A stretch of DNA of 60,277 nt from Candidatus Bathyarchaeia archaeon (GCA_049515895.1 JBEKTQ010000018.1:1-60277), one strand, 5' to 3'; counted from the first letter of the stretch, positions 41,039 through 51,629 are shown. Program-made: numbers and translations. The notes: generated from the letters alone by a model not told the origin.

Positions 41039-42370
41039 TTAGCTTATGTATGGTGTTCCATTTGGTGATGTTATCAGTTTAAGCGATGCGTTGCAATTGG
41101 CGATGATGTTAGTTGGCAATGGAACGTAGCCTATGCCGATGCCTGCATTTTGGCCGCTGTTAATGATCCATGATAGGAAGTTGACGACTGCTGCGCCTGT
41201 AGCTTGATCGCTCTGTTGCTGGTAGACCAAAGCATATGTCATCGTCACGATTGGGTAGATTGTAGTGTCAGTTTGGTCGTTGTAGATGTTATCAATAATT
41301 GAAACAGTTGTCCATTGAGCATTTCCGGCTGGAAGACCGGCATTTGCTCCTGCTTGAAGTGCTGCTGCCATGTTGGTGATGTTGGCTAGGATGTAGTTGC
41401 CTGTTCCGTTTTGGACTGCACCATAGGCGAGGTTGGTTTGTCCAGGGTTGTCGAGTATATAGGAGATTTCAAGTGGACCAATGGCGCCGTTGTTCGCTGC
41501 AACGTTCTGTGCTACTCCTGCGTTTTTGTTTCCTTCGAGTTCATTTGGAAGGGATGGCCAGATGTTGGGGCTTGTGCTCGGGCCTCCGACTTGTGTTGCC
41601 CAGTCTGAGCTTGTCTTGTAGAGGAAGTCTGTGAAGGCAAACATTGTTCCACTCCCGTCAGATCGGTGGACACAAATAATTGCGGTATGCGGCAGTTGAG
41701 CTTGAACCGTAGCGGATTGTAGACCCACTATGGCTGGGTCGTCCCAATAGGTTATCTTGCCTATGAAAATGTCTCCCAGGACTGCTCCGCTGAAGTTAAG
41801 TCCGTTTTGGCAGACTGTACCGTTGAGGAGTTTAAGGTTGTATGCTGGCACGACGCCGCTGGCGGAGATGGGTACGGTTATTGCTGTTGTGCCTGTGGGA
41901 AGACCTTGGTACTGGGCTGCGGTCATTGGGGCGTCGGTTTCTCCGATTTGGTACAGTTTCTGCTGGAAGTTGCTTATGCCTGTGCCGCTGCCTACTGGGT
42001 TATAGTTGATTGTGATCTGTGACTGGTAAGTGGCATATTGTCCTATCCAAGTTTGCATCAATGGGTAGACCAGTGTGCCGCCACCGGCTGTTATGGTTGC
42101 GGATGCTAACGGTGCGGGTGTTGGAGTTGGTGTTGGTACAGGCGCAGGAGACGGAGTTGGAGAGGGAGTTGGTGCGGCTGTGGGTATGGCTGTTGGACTG
42201 GCAGTTGGATGTGTCGAAGCGGTAGGTGTAGGCGTTGGGGTTGCTGTTGGCGCTGGACTTGGAGTCGGGCTTGTAGAGTTACTTCCCGAAATGTAGGGGT
42301 AAGCGAATATGGTTCCGACGATGACTACAAGAACTATCACGGCGATAGCTATTATGTATGTAGTTTTCAT
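41039..42370 (-). CDS. pstS: Phosphate-binding protein with a TM anchor and PT linker
   Basis: [28 protein letters not shown]. Confidence 0.95.
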   Translation of the reverse strand: MKTTYIIAIAVIVLVVIVGTIFAYPYISGSNSTSPTPSPAPTATPTPTPTASTHPTASPTAIPTAAPTPSPTPSPAPVPTPTPTPAPLASATITAGGGTLVYPLMQTWIGQYATYQSQITINYNPVGSGTGISNFQQKLYQIGETDAPMTAAQYQGLPTGTTAITVPISASGVVPAYNLKLLNGTVCQNGLNFSGAVLGDIFIGKITYWDDPAIVGLQSATVQAQLPHTAIICVHRSDGSGTMFAFTDFLYKTSSDWATQVGGPSTSPNIWPSLPNELEGNKNAGVAQNVAANNGAIGPLEISYILDNPGQTNLAYGAVQNGTGNYILANITNMAAALQAGANAGLPAGNAQWTTVSIIDNIYNDQTDTTIYPIVTMTYALVYQQQSDQATGAAVVNFLSWIINSGQNAGIGIGYVPLPTNIIANCNASLKLITSPNGTPYIS

Positions 42371-42620
42371 TTTTATACCTCTTTTTTACAAGCGACGATG
42401 TAGTTTCTGTTGTTATATCGATTCCCAACATAATTCCTATAGACTATATAGAAAGAAAAACATGGAAAAAACCAGAGAGACCCCGCGAGAAAATCTCTGA
42501 TCCTGTTGCTGCGCCAGGGGGAATGAAGGACGACGCGCCAATTTTCCATGCTTATCATGGCTTTTCCATAGGCTTTAGGGGTAATATTCAAAAGAGACGT
42601 TTAGACCCTTCAATAGAACA

Positions 42621-43247
42621 ATGATACCTATTCTGAACGTTAATTGGGAGAGTCTTCCATCCGAAATAGATCTTAGCGGACGCGACGCTGACGTTTTAGC
42701 GCTTATAGAAATTGAAGACTTGACCATATTCACGTTTGACGGGTTAAAGCGAAGAACAGGTCTGCATCCTGAAACGCTGTCGCGGATTCTTGCCCGGCTA
42801 GAGGAGGAGGGCATAGTCAAAAAAGAGCACGATGGGTACAGGGTTACGCCAAAAATAACCAAGCTGAAACTTAACCAATCACGCTCCGAAGAGCCTGCAA
42901 CAACGCTAGTCCAAACTTTCCTACCCTCAGATCTAATGACACACCAGCTTATTCTTTCCCTCAGAGGCAAATGGTTCGGCGTGCTCCGCTGGCTTGGCAT
43001 CTCAGAAAACAATCGCGGCGTCACTTTGAAGTGGATAACTGAAGACGGCGGAATTCAAATAGCCGCGAACATTCAGGGAACAACGCTTAACATCGAAGCA
43101 AAGTTCTTAACGAACAACGACTTAAACATGGCGTTGAAAGCATCTTACCAACTTATGACTAACATCGGCAAGCTTTGCCAAGGCTCACACGCACTAGCTA
43201 GAAACGTGGCATACTTTGGCGGCTCAAACTTCTCCATGCCAGCCTAA
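42621..43247 (+). CDS. Winged-helix transcription regulator
   Basis: FTFDGLKRRTGLHPETLSRILARLEEEGIVKK..GYRVT. Confidence 0.8.
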   Translation: MIPILNVNWESLPSEIDLSGRDADVLALIEIEDLTIFTFDGLKRRTGLHPETLSRILARLEEEGIVKKEHDGYRVTPKITKLKLNQSRSEEPATTLVQTFLPSDLMTHQLILSLRGKWFGVLRWLGISENNRGVTLKWITEDGGIQIAANIQGTTLNIEAKFLTNNDLNMALKASYQLMTNIGKLCQGSHALARNVAYFGGSNFSMPA

Positions 43248-43416
43248 ATGTGCCCTTAGTTTTGATAGCGATTTTGTCCGAGTAGATGTGGAAGTAAGAA
43301 CAGCCATAAATTAAGGGCTTTTCGGACAATCTAGGGGTAAATTGGGGAAAAGCATTTAAAAAACAAATGTAAGCTTGGAACTAAAAGAAACCTGTTAGTG
43401 CGGGTCTGATTAGGTA

Positions 43417-44394
43417 ATGGTAGAGCAAGAAACTGAAGAAGCGGATCTGAAAAACTCAAAGCTTGATAAATTGAAGGCCAACGTTACCTTTGATTATCAT
43501 TCTTCTCGCTTCTTTTCCTTAGTTTTCTTGACTATTTATATCGTCGCGATAACGATATTTTGCTTGGAATACAAGATTATTCCTGGACCTGAATTTCTGG
43601 TTTTAGGGATTCTCTTCATCGCAGCTTATAATAAGCAGACGTATCGAGCGCTGAAAGATTGGCTTCCGTTTATCACGGTGTTTCTTTCTTACGAAGTCAT
43701 GTATAGCTTTGTCGGTACAGTTTCATCAGGCAATCTTCACAGTGGACCAAAATTTGTTGACACGTGGCTGTTTGGTCAGATCCCCAGTATTATCCTTCAA
43801 CAAACTGTAAGGCTGCCGGTTTTAGATTACGCGGGAGCCTTCTTCTATTCCATATACTTCTTCGTACCAACCATATTCGCTTATGTCGTTTGGAGGAAAA
43901 GCCCGAAAAACTACTGGAAATACACCGTATCCTTCGGTGTGCTCACATACTCCGCGTTGATAACCTTCCTGTTTTACCCTGTTGCCCCTCCTTGGATCCA
44001 GTTTAGCTCAATCCTTAACCCATCTTATACTGGACCTCAAGTAATACGAGTCTTAACTGGATCAGTTGACCCCAGCTTAGGCTTTCCAGTTTACAAAACT
44101 TTGTTTGATTTTCTAAGCCCAAACAACTACGCTGCCTTCCCCAGCATGCACTCAGCCATACCTTGGCTAGTCTTCCTGTTTGCTTTCAAAATATGGAGAT
44201 GGAAATCGCTTCCAGTGCTAGCAATCCCCGTCGGCACATGGTTCAGCGCAGTATATCTTGGCGAACATTACCTCACGGATGTTGTCGCAGGAATAATATA
44301 CGCAACAGCAGCGTACATCGCAGTCACCGAAATCTTACCGTACATTTCCACGAAAGTAGGCTTTTTGCAAAAGCACGTTCCGGTAGAAAAGTAA
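43417..44394 (+). CDS. PAP2 / inositol phosphorylceramide synthase (AUR1)-like membrane phosphoesterase
   Basis: YPVAPPW, AAFPSMH, VYLGEHYLTDV. Confidence 0.88.
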   Translation: MVEQETEEADLKNSKLDKLKANVTFDYHSSRFFSLVFLTIYIVAITIFCLEYKIIPGPEFLVLGILFIAAYNKQTYRALKDWLPFITVFLSYEVMYSFVGTVSSGNLHSGPKFVDTWLFGQIPSIILQQTVRLPVLDYAGAFFYSIYFFVPTIFAYVVWRKSPKNYWKYTVSFGVLTYSALITFLFYPVAPPWIQFSSILNPSYTGPQVIRVLTGSVDPSLGFPVYKTLFDFLSPNNYAAFPSMHSAIPWLVFLFAFKIWRWKSLPVLAIPVGTWFSAVYLGEHYLTDVVAGIIYATAAYIAVTEILPYISTKVGFLQKHVPVEK

Positions 44395-44533
44395 AGTTTT
44401 GCGATGGGCAGGGTTTATTTTTGTCCAAATGCTTAACGATTACAATTTTGCAATAGCTGCGGCGTTGAAACCTTCTTCATTTTTCAGTCATTCTCCCCAC
44501 CAGAGAGTTGTGCACAGAGGTTCTTTTCGATGT

Positions 44534-44609
44534 TGGTAGCCCGGGAGAGACTCGAACTCTCGTCAAGGGCTCCAGAGGCCCCTATGCTTGACCGCTACAC
44601 CACCGGGCT
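44534..44609 (-). tRNA. tRNA-Gln(CUG), intron-less, CCA encoded
   Basis: AGCCCGG/CCGGGCT acceptor (A1-U72), anticodon arm GGGGC-CTCTGGA-GCCCT, GTTCGAGTC T-loop. Confidence 0.97.
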
Positions 44610-44644
44610 TCGCACAACACAAACATGGCTCACAATATTTAACT

Positions 44645-44869
44645 TTAATGTTGCGAGGCGTCGCCGTTGTTCTTGTTCTTTAATGCCTCCCGGACGCAGT
44701 AGCATTCTTGGCTGACGCGATTATAGCTTTCGCAGAGCCACAGAGTGTCAACAATGAAGCTTTTGTTTTGGCCGTAACGAGTCGAACAGAAAACTTTAGT
44801 TGGGTAATCATAGCAGTTGTGGCTGTCACAGTTGCCGCAGTGTTTTTCCTTGTCTTGTTTTTCCACCAT
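44645..44869 (-). CDS. Small Cys-rich protein
   Basis: HCGNCDSHNC..FC..LC..ECYC. Confidence 0.65.
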   Translation of the reverse strand: MVEKQDKEKHCGNCDSHNCYDYPTKVFCSTRYGQNKSFIVDTLWLCESYNRVSQECYCVREALKNKNNGDASQH

Positions 44870-44873
44870 GTTT

Positions 44874-45905
44874 TCAGCTTCCCTTCTTTGATGGTTGCTC
44901 AAACTGATAGAACGGGGTTCGTCTGAAGTTTTCGCCTAGTCGTTCGGTGACGGAGGCAACGAGGAATGGGAAAATCATTAAGGCTTCTCCGATGACCATA
45001 ACGTGGGCTGCTTCGCCCTTCATTTTTCCCCAGCTTACCGTCTCCTCCAGCGTTGAACCGGATAAGCCTCCTGTTTCAGGCCTATCCAGTGTGATGACGA
45101 TGCCGTAGTCGAGGCCTTTCTTGGATGCTACAGCGGATGATTGGATTGTGTTGCGTGGAACTCCACCGCCGATAACTATCATTCCGTTTTTAGGCGACTT
45201 GCTGCATATTCCGCAGATCGTCGGCACGTCCTTGAAGGCGTCCAGCAGCAGAACGGGTTTAGGCTTGTCCTGCGCGGCGTGAAGCCAATGGATAAACCCG
45301 AATTCTGAGTCTCGCGCGGAAGGGAGGAAAATCGGCACGTTTTCTTCGTATGCCGCTCGAAGGATTGAGTTTTTGTCGGTGAGTCGCTTGCCTATTTCGT
45401 GGGTGAACTCGTTTGAAGCTAAGCTTTCGCCCTTGCGTTCGGCTGCGATTTCATCGTAGATCTCTGACATTTTAACGTCTAATCTGACGTAGTCTTCTTC
45501 GGGGACAAGGATGTCGTAGATGCGGAAGAGATGGTACTTGTAAAGTTCCGTGTCGTCTATTGCCCATTTTGCTTTGTAGTGGTGTCCGCCGACGGCTTCG
45601 ATGGCGTCGTGAACCATGCATGCGCCGGTGCTTACGATGACGTCGACGAGGCGTTTCCTTATCAAATCCGTTATAAGCGTGCGCATACCCGCTGGGACCA
45701 CGGCTCCTGAGAGCGCCAAAAAGACGGTGCATCCACTGTCTCTGAGCATTTTCTCGTAGATGTCGCATGCCGTCGCCAACCTGCCCGCGCCCAGGGAGCC
45801 TGATTTTTTGAATTGCTGCATCAGTTGGTCAACCGTTTGTGCGCCGCCCACCTTTATGTGCTCGACAGGATTCCGCAGGTAATCTTTCCTCTCCATCAAA
45901 GCCAC
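44874..45905 (-). CDS. dys: Deoxyhypusine synthase
   Basis: LSGAVVPAGMR, STGA..HD, GGGVPRN, GGLSGS..E..SWGK with the active Lys. Confidence 0.93.
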   Translation of the reverse strand: MALMERKDYLRNPVEHIKVGGAQTVDQLMQQFKKSGSLGAGRLATACDIYEKMLRDSGCTVFLALSGAVVPAGMRTLITDLIRKRLVDVIVSTGACMVHDAIEAVGGHHYKAKWAIDDTELYKYHLFRIYDILVPEEDYVRLDVKMSEIYDEIAAERKGESLASNEFTHEIGKRLTDKNSILRAAYEENVPIFLPSARDSEFGFIHWLHAAQDKPKPVLLLDAFKDVPTICGICSKSPKNGMIVIGGGVPRNTIQSSAVASKKGLDYGIVITLDRPETGGLSGSTLEETVSWGKMKGEAAHVMVIGEALMIFPFLVASVTERLGENFRRTPFYQFEQPSKKGS

Positions 45906-45990
45906 GCCTTACCGTAAATTGTATGATGGATAAGGAGTGAACTTTCCATATTTAAAGTTGAATCAAGTGTTGTTTGGTGTGAAAAGTTTT

Positions 45991-46210
45991 GCGCGGTGGG
46001 AAATTCGGGCAAATTTGTTGTTTGTGTTTTGGGTTGCTTTCTTGTGGAGAAGCTTGGATCAGCTGCAGGTTGCGTCTCCTATCGTCTCCTAAAGTCTCCT
46101 ATCGTCCGCCATCGTCTGCCAAAGTCTCCCAAAGTCCGCCATCGTCTGGTAAAGTCTCCTAAAGTCCTAACGTCAACAAAATTTAATAGGCGGCCACTAC
46201 CGTCAAAATA
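45991..46210 (+). repeat. Leader plus 10-bp array element, copy 2 (GTC-type array)
   Basis: Leader to GCAGGTTGCG (46065-46074), then 10 units nnnGTCnnnn at 46071-46170 and a degenerate tail. Confidence 0.9.
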
Positions 46211-46220
46211 GGCTGATTCA

Positions 46221-46425
46221 AAAAACATCTAGAAAGATCGCAGGGTGCGCAGTCTGCAGAAATGTGAGTTTGTGAGGGTTTAGGATTTTTCGCATTAGAA
46301 TTTTGTTCTTTGCGTTTTGGATTGCCCCCTTGGAATGGGGTTTGTATTGGCTGCAGGTTGCGGTTAAAAATCTCCCTAAGTCTCCATAATTCTCCCAAAA
46401 TCTCCTTAAATCTCCCCAAAAATCT
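46221..46425 (+). repeat. Leader plus 10-bp array element, copy 3 (long leader, TCTC-type array)
   Basis: CTGCAGAAATG..GGATTTTTCGC..GCAGGTTGCG (46353-46362), then 5-6 AAATCTCCnn-like units. Confidence 0.9.
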
Positions 46426-46510
46426 GTGGCTTAACCTTAGATAACCGGAAATTCTCGTGAAAAGAGATGCCTAACTAATCGGTTTAGAGTCAGCATGGAA
46501 GGGCACGTAT

Positions 46511-46759
46511 CTACAATTCTTGGTTGCGGAGTCTTTCCCGTATTTCTTTTAGCCGATTCTCGGAAAGGTAGTATTTCCCGTTGACTTCGACAAAAATTCC
46601 GCTTTTGCCCAGCCGCCTCTGCATCGCATCCTTAAACCTCGGCCCAAGACCCAGCTCCTCGGGAGTCATGGCTTTTTCCGGGCTGGTGGCTCCTTTGCTC
46701 CGAAATTTCGCTACAAGCTCGACCAGCCATCTGCGTACTTCTTGTCTTTGCCTAAACAT
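46511..46759 (-). CDS. Small winged-helix-like protein
   Basis: KFRSKGATSPEKAMTPEELGL..RLGKSGIFVEVNGKYYLSE. Confidence 0.75.
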   Translation of the reverse strand: MFRQRQEVRRWLVELVAKFRSKGATSPEKAMTPEELGLGPRFKDAMQRRLGKSGIFVEVNGKYYLSENRLKEIRERLRNQEL

Positions 46760-46776
46760 GCAGGTACGCGCTTAGC

Positions 46777-47178
46777 CTATGTTTTTAGGAGCCCCAAAAT
46801 GCCGCCTATTAACCCGAGGATTAAGCCGATTAGCCAGCCGCTGCCGACGAAGATGCTTAGCACCGAAAAGATTATGACGATTGTGCCGCCGACTTGCGTC
46901 ACGCCTGTGTACATCAAGTACGCTCCAACCATGATTATGACGGCGAACACGATTGCGACAACTCCCAGCAAAGTGAACGCGATCCCCGCAAACAATCTAT
47001 GCCGAACCTCATCTGAGTACGCGAAATTAAGAATATCGTGGCCCAAAATAATCCTAACTATCCCCCGTAAAAGAATCAGAATGCCGCCCACCAGAGAAAG
47101 CGCGAAACCGACGACTGCCCGCTTGACCTTAGGTTGCTGAATGCTTGGCTGCTGTGTGTTTGGTTGCTGCAAAAACAA
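46777..47178 (-). CDS. Small multi-TM membrane protein
   Basis: FALSLVGGILILL..FSVLSIFVGSGWLIGLILGLIGGILG. Confidence 0.75.
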   Translation of the reverse strand: MFLQQPNTQQPSIQQPKVKRAVVGFALSLVGGILILLRGIVRIILGHDILNFAYSDEVRHRLFAGIAFTLLGVVAIVFAVIIMVGAYLMYTGVTQVGGTIVIIFSVLSIFVGSGWLIGLILGLIGGILGLLKT

Positions 47179-47341
47179 TTTTCCTCTAAAAATGGGTTAA
47201 ACAAGCGGCAATTTAAACTTTCCCAGAGCACAAACAGCCCCGCCTACCTTTGACAGGCATTTAGCTTTACTTACGCAAATTTCTTTAGTCAAAGCAAACA
47301 AACTAGAAACTCGCAGAAAGTCCACACTGGAGAAGCTTGAG

Positions 47342-49168
47342 ACGGCTAAAATCAAGAACGCTTCAATTTTTCTGCTGGTCTTCCTACTTTGCTCTCCCAT
47401 TTTTGCCGGTTTACAGGTGCATGCGCAATCGGAGCCGACGCTTGCCGAAACAATCAACAATATCCTAACCAACATTAACCTCGCAAACGTTAGTCCGCAG
47501 TGGGGCACCGTCTACAGCCAAATATTCTGCTTGACAAATCAGAGCATTTTTGACACCCTCATACAAGAAGCAGTCAACCAGAGCGATTGGCAAGACGCAG
47601 TTTGGGTTGCAAGGCTTGCGGAGCTCAACGGTTTCAATTCACCAATTTTAACTGATTGCTTGGCAACCGCGTTGGAAAATATGCCGATGTGCGGAAGTTT
47701 GCCAGCAACGTGTAACACTGCAAATCAAACGGTTACTTCGTATCCGCCTGAGGTGTTTTGCGTTTATGACAGGTATATGGTCAACGCTTACCGCTACGCG
47801 CAAGAGCTTGGTGTTCTAGGCTGGAACATGACTCGCGCCTTCACAGATTTCGCTGATGCATACGTTTCTTCGCCAAAGGGGTCTGGGAGTCGAAGCGGGG
47901 AAATGTTTTGGATAAATCCGGCAGCGAACTTTTCAGCTTCCTACACTGGCCGTTATTATGATGAGTACGCGGAAACCTTAGGCATGTTTTTGGAGTTTGC
48001 CTTGAATGGTGTTAGAAGCAACATGACGGTAAACAGCTTGTCGTTGAACGCTACGTCGTTTATGGATAACATGTGGGGTGCTGTGCAAGATCTTTGGAAC
48101 GGCGATTTTTATGACTACAATAACATGGGAATTGGGCTGGCTCGAGCGTTCGACATCGTTGAGTGTGAAATGGGTAATTTCGCGCAGATAGCCGAAGAGT
48201 ACCAGAACTACCGTGGACTCCTGCCATATTTCAGCAACGTAATAACCGACTTGGAGTACACGTGTTTGACTTCGGGCTGGGACTCGCCGATCTGGGCTTC
48301 ACCTGGAGCAATACAGCACGCTAATGACAATTCTCAAGTACGCTTGCCTGAAACACTAGCAGCCCTAATCGCAATTCAAATGCTTTATCCCCAATTCAAC
48401 GCAAGCATGCAAACTAACTTTCAATCAATGCTTCAAACCGGTTGGCAAGGACTAGTAAACAGCACCCTATACAGCAACGGCCAGTTCCAGTTTACCGCGC
48501 AGAACTCCACAACAGCTCTGCCAGAAGCTTACTCAGATGATGCTTCCATGCTTGGCGCCATGACGCTTTTCTTAGATGGGATCATTCCGCAAACTGGAAG
48601 CTTATCAATAGCGGCAAGCAACGAGCGGTACGAAGATTACCAAACATGCTTTCCCATTAGTCAATGGCAATTTAACTACCAAAACCAATCAATAAGAATA
48701 CCCGTTATGGCAGGAACTTTGATATTTACCTTCGGTTCCCAACCTGTGAGCCAGCTGTTTCCGTCAAACGGAGTTTATGAAATTCAATTTTCACCCGACT
48801 GGAACAGCATTGCTTCAGTGACTAAAGTCGCAGACATAACAGTGCCTCAGCTAAAGCCTGCAACCCTGCAAACACAGATACGACCAACTCCAACACCCAC
48901 ATCAACTTCAACCCCATCGCCTGAGGCAACTTCCGCCGTCTCTATTACGCCAACCCTGACCAGCTCACCAACGGGGGAGTCTCCTGCGATCTTCCACGAT
49001 TTGTTGTTTATCGCCGCAGTGCTTACCCCAACACTACTCGTGTTCTTGGCGGTTACGTTTTACATAAAAAAGAAAAAACCACTTGCAACACCTGTGCAGG
49101 TTAAGGTTATGGGTTCCTCTCGAAAAGTAAAATATGTTTATTCATTTATTGAATTATTCAGTAGGTGA
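47342..49168 (+). CDS. Secreted/surface protein with a PT linker and C-terminal TM anchor (possible glycoside-hydrolase-like fold)
   Basis: In-frame signal peptide KIKNASIFLLVFLLCSPIFAGLQVHA upstream of track start 47417; RYYDEYAETL, VECEMG; TM segment plus KKKK. Confidence 0.7.
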   Translation, partial: TAKIKNASIFLLVFLLCSPIFAGLQVHAQSEPTLAETINNILTNINLANVSPQWGTVYSQIFCLTNQSIFDTLIQEAVNQSDWQDAVWVARLAELNGFNSPILTDCLATALENMPMCGSLPATCNTANQTVTSYPPEVFCVYDRYMVNAYRYAQELGVLGWNMTRAFTDFADAYVSSPKGSGSRSGEMFWINPAANFSASYTGRYYDEYAETLGMFLEFALNGVRSNMTVNSLSLNATSFMDNMWGAVQDLWNGDFYDYNNMGIGLARAFDIVECEMGNFAQIAEEYQNYRGLLPYFSNVITDLEYTCLTSGWDSPIWASPGAIQHANDNSQVRLPETLAALIAIQMLYPQFNASMQTNFQSMLQTGWQGLVNSTLYSNGQFQFTAQNSTTALPEAYSDDASMLGAMTLFLDGIIPQTGSLSIAASNERYEDYQTCFPISQWQFNYQNQSIRIPVMAGTLIFTFGSQPVSQLFPSNGVYEIQFSPDWNSIASVTKVADITVPQLKPATLQTQIRPTPTPTSTSTPSPEATSAVSITPTLTSSPTGESPAIFHDLLFIAAVLTPTLLVFLAVTFYIKKKKPLATPVQVKVMGSSRKVKYVYSFIELFSR

Positions 49169-49251
49169 ATATAGTGAGATTCATTGATCGGGAGATGAAG
49201 ATCAAGGAGCTCTAACCAAAAGAAATTATAAAAAATTTGTCAACAATGCAA

Positions 49252-49420
49252 AGCACCTCGTCACAGTTAGGTGCTCGTTATCTCTGTGACTGTTGGAGAA
49301 TGATAACAGAGCACAGAATCTAAAGGCAAGGAGAGGTTTTTTGGTGGTTTGATTGGAATTGGAAATTCAGTTGGGTTGTAGGAAAATTGCAATTTAAGGG
49401 GGTGGGGCGGAATTGAAGGC
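49252..49420 (+). repeat. Overlapping double-hairpin element, copy 1
   Basis: AGCACCT..AGGTGCT and GTGCTC-GTTATC..GATAACAGAGCAC, then a G/T-rich tail shared with 54315-54455. Confidence 0.85.
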
Positions 49421-49520
49421 GGGTAGTTTGGGTTTAGAATCGTTAAAACTTGATTTATTGGGCTTTTCTTGCGTTTGGATATTGAAGGTCAGGTTGTGCG
49501 TGATTAGGTTTTAACCCTTG

Positions 49521-50804
49521 TTAGATGTATTGTGTCGGTGCAAATAGTATGGTTGTGTTTCCAATTTTTTCAATATGCCAATAGTCTTTTGTGGCTATGA
49601 GTGCCCGAGTGGGCTTGTAGGTTTCTATGAAACTTCGAAAGCTTCTGGAAATTTTGGGTTTCTGGAATGCTTGGTATTTCGATTCAACGGGAACGATTCC
49701 GTTGTCGATGTGGAGGATGAAATCAACTTCTGCCTTGTTTGTAGTTCTCCAGTAGTTGATGGTTTCATCTGAAAAGCTGTTTCTAAGGGCAAGGAGAACT
49801 TGATTTTCCATGATTTGTCCTGCGTCGGTTCTTTGCTCTAGTGAGTTGAAGTTGTTAAGTATGTGATTTCGGAGTCCTATGTCGTGAAAGTATACTTTTG
49901 GGTTTTTCTTCAGTTCGGTGAGTGGATTTTTGTGAAATGGTTGGATGAGTTGGGTTATGTAGGTTTCTTGGAGCATGGAGATTGTTTTCTTTGTTTCTTT
50001 GTAGTAGCTTTGGCATGCATTGCTAGTTTCATTGTAGTTTAGTATTTTTCCTGTTAGTGCTGCTAAAGTTCTGACGATGCACCGGTACTTTGAGGGGTCA
50101 CTAACTTTGAGGAATTCGACTCCGTCTTTGGATACGTAGGTGTCGTAGATGTTTTTGAGGATGATTCTTTTTGTTTCGATATCTGGCGCGGTCACGACGG
50201 CTGGGTATCCTCCGAAGGTTAAAAACTCGTTTAGAAGCGGAGCAAATTCGCGGTGGAAAATTTCTGCCGTTTCTATCGTGAGTGAGATACCTTTGAGAAG
50301 AAACTCTCTTATTTGGGTGTTCTTTTCTAGGTAAATATTGGCTAGGCGGGGGTCTTTAGTTACTAAAAACTCGTGGAAGTTGAAAGGGAACAGTTCAAAG
50401 AAGAAAACTCTTCCAACAAGGAATTTAGCCATGTCTCCACAAAGTTCTAGCGATGAGCTACCGGTTGCAATGAACTTGACGTTTTCGAAGGTGTCATAAA
50501 GTAGTTTCAGAGTTTTACCGGAGTTTTTTACGTATTGATATTCGTCCATGAGGAAATAGTGACGATCTTGGCTAGTAATGTAGCTTTTGATATATTCTTT
50601 CGGGTTGGCTTCGAAAGGTTCCAATACGTCTGGGTCTTCAAAATCTAGGAAAATTACTTTTTTCCCAGACAGGGTTCTTTGAAGTTGTCTGAGGATAGTT
50701 GTTTTTCCTGATTGCCTCGGGCCTTTTATGGCGTATGCTTCCCTACGGTTTATCCACTTGTTCAGGTTTAACAGGATATCTCTTGGATAGCTTTCCATTG
50801 TCAT
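49521..50804 (-). CDS. AAA+ ATPase (AAA_14 plus DUF4143, C-terminal PD-(D/E)xK-like domain)
   Basis: GPRQSGKTT, MDEYQ, ATGSSS, FGGYP, KVYFHDIG, EVDF..PVESK. Confidence 0.92.
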   Translation of the reverse strand: MTMESYPRDILLNLNKWINRREAYAIKGPRQSGKTTILRQLQRTLSGKKVIFLDFEDPDVLEPFEANPKEYIKSYITSQDRHYFLMDEYQYVKNSGKTLKLLYDTFENVKFIATGSSSLELCGDMAKFLVGRVFFFELFPFNFHEFLVTKDPRLANIYLEKNTQIREFLLKGISLTIETAEIFHREFAPLLNEFLTFGGYPAVVTAPDIETKRIILKNIYDTYVSKDGVEFLKVSDPSKYRCIVRTLAALTGKILNYNETSNACQSYYKETKKTISMLQETYITQLIQPFHKNPLTELKKNPKVYFHDIGLRNHILNNFNSLEQRTDAGQIMENQVLLALRNSFSDETINYWRTTNKAEVDFILHIDNGIVPVESKYQAFQKPKISRSFRSFIETYKPTRALIATKDYWHIEKIGNTTILFAPTQYI

Positions 50805-50938
50805 GTCTCTGCCGTTTTAACAATAGAATTGTTAACAACTTTTAAATTTTACTATTGTTAACGCTAACGGGGGAAAGAGTTTTGTTTTGTATAATTTTTA
50901 TATCAATTGATTATTGTTTAACTAATTGGGGTATCGAT

Positions 50939-51148
50939 ATGGTTAAGGTGAAACTTTCCTCTAAGTTTCAGGTTGTAATTCCTCGAGAAGTCAGGGAAAA
51001 GCTAAACTTGAAGCCTGGCGAGGAAATCGCGATGATAGAAAAATCAGGTGTAATATGCTTAGTGCCGCAAAAGCCCATAAAGCAAATGCGGGGTTTCGTC
51101 AAAGGCGGAAATACTCAAAATATCCGTGAAGAAGAGGATCGCTTTTGA
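50939..51148 (+). CDS. AbrB/MazE-type antitoxin (orphan)
   Basis: VKLSSKFQVVIPREVREKLNLKPGEEI. Confidence 0.9.
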   Translation: MVKVKLSSKFQVVIPREVREKLNLKPGEEIAMIEKSGVICLVPQKPIKQMRGFVKGGNTQNIREEEDRF

Positions 51149-51312
51149 CACCCAGAGATTACCTTGAGAAAAGAGTTAAGGCGAAGAAACTAAAGCAGGT
51201 CATAAAACAGACTGACGCGTTTAGGAACGAGTCGGGCAAAAAACTCGGAATCACTAAATCTTCCGCAGATACAATTAGGGAAGATCGCGATCATGGCCAT
51301 TGAAGCCGTCCG
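51145..51312 (+). pseudogene. C-terminal fragment of a further antitoxin plus the first codons of its toxin
   Basis: ..SSADTIREDRDHGH* overlapped by TTG AAG CCG, then truncated. Confidence 0.55.
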
Positions 51313-51382
51313 TATGTTCAGAAAGGCGCTGATCAAAATAATAGCACCATATATTAGAATCAACGAACAGCATTTCGCTCAC
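51275..51382 (-). pseudogene. Truncated PIN/VapC toxin (N-terminus only)
   Basis: MSEMLFVDSNIWCYYFDQRLSEH, then runs into the opposing fragment. Confidence 0.75.
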
Positions 51383-51383
51383 A

Positions 51384-51629
51384 TCATTTTTCTACAGTTT
51401 CCCACATTTTCTTCAGCTTCAGCGGATCTGTGGCGGGCGCGCCTTCCTTAATGCAGCCCTCCATTTCCTTAATGAATTCTTCAGCTGAAATTGGAGGCAT
51501 AATAACTATGTTTTCATTCTCTATTTTCAAGCGAGCTTTTCCTCCAACTTGCAACCCGACTTTGTCTCGAACCGCTTTGGGAATTTGAACTCGCCCTCTG
51601 TGGTCAACAGTTACTTCTTCCGTATTCAT
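51384..51629 (-). CDS. AbrB/MazE-type antitoxin
   Basis: VTVDHRGRVQIPKAVRDKVGL. Confidence 0.9.
   Translation of the reverse strand: MNTEEVTVDHRGRVQIPKAVRDKVGLQVGGKARLKIENENIVIMPPISAEEFIKEMEGCIKEGAPATDPLKLKKMWETVEK

Noticed and set aside
44534-44609. tRNA-Gln as the integration site of the island
   Set aside because: No duplicated tRNA-Gln 3' end seen, its 3' end points away from the island, and dys lies in between
46071-46170. 10-bp arrays as CRISPR arrays
   Set aside because: No constant 23-47 bp repeat with unique spacers, and no cas genes
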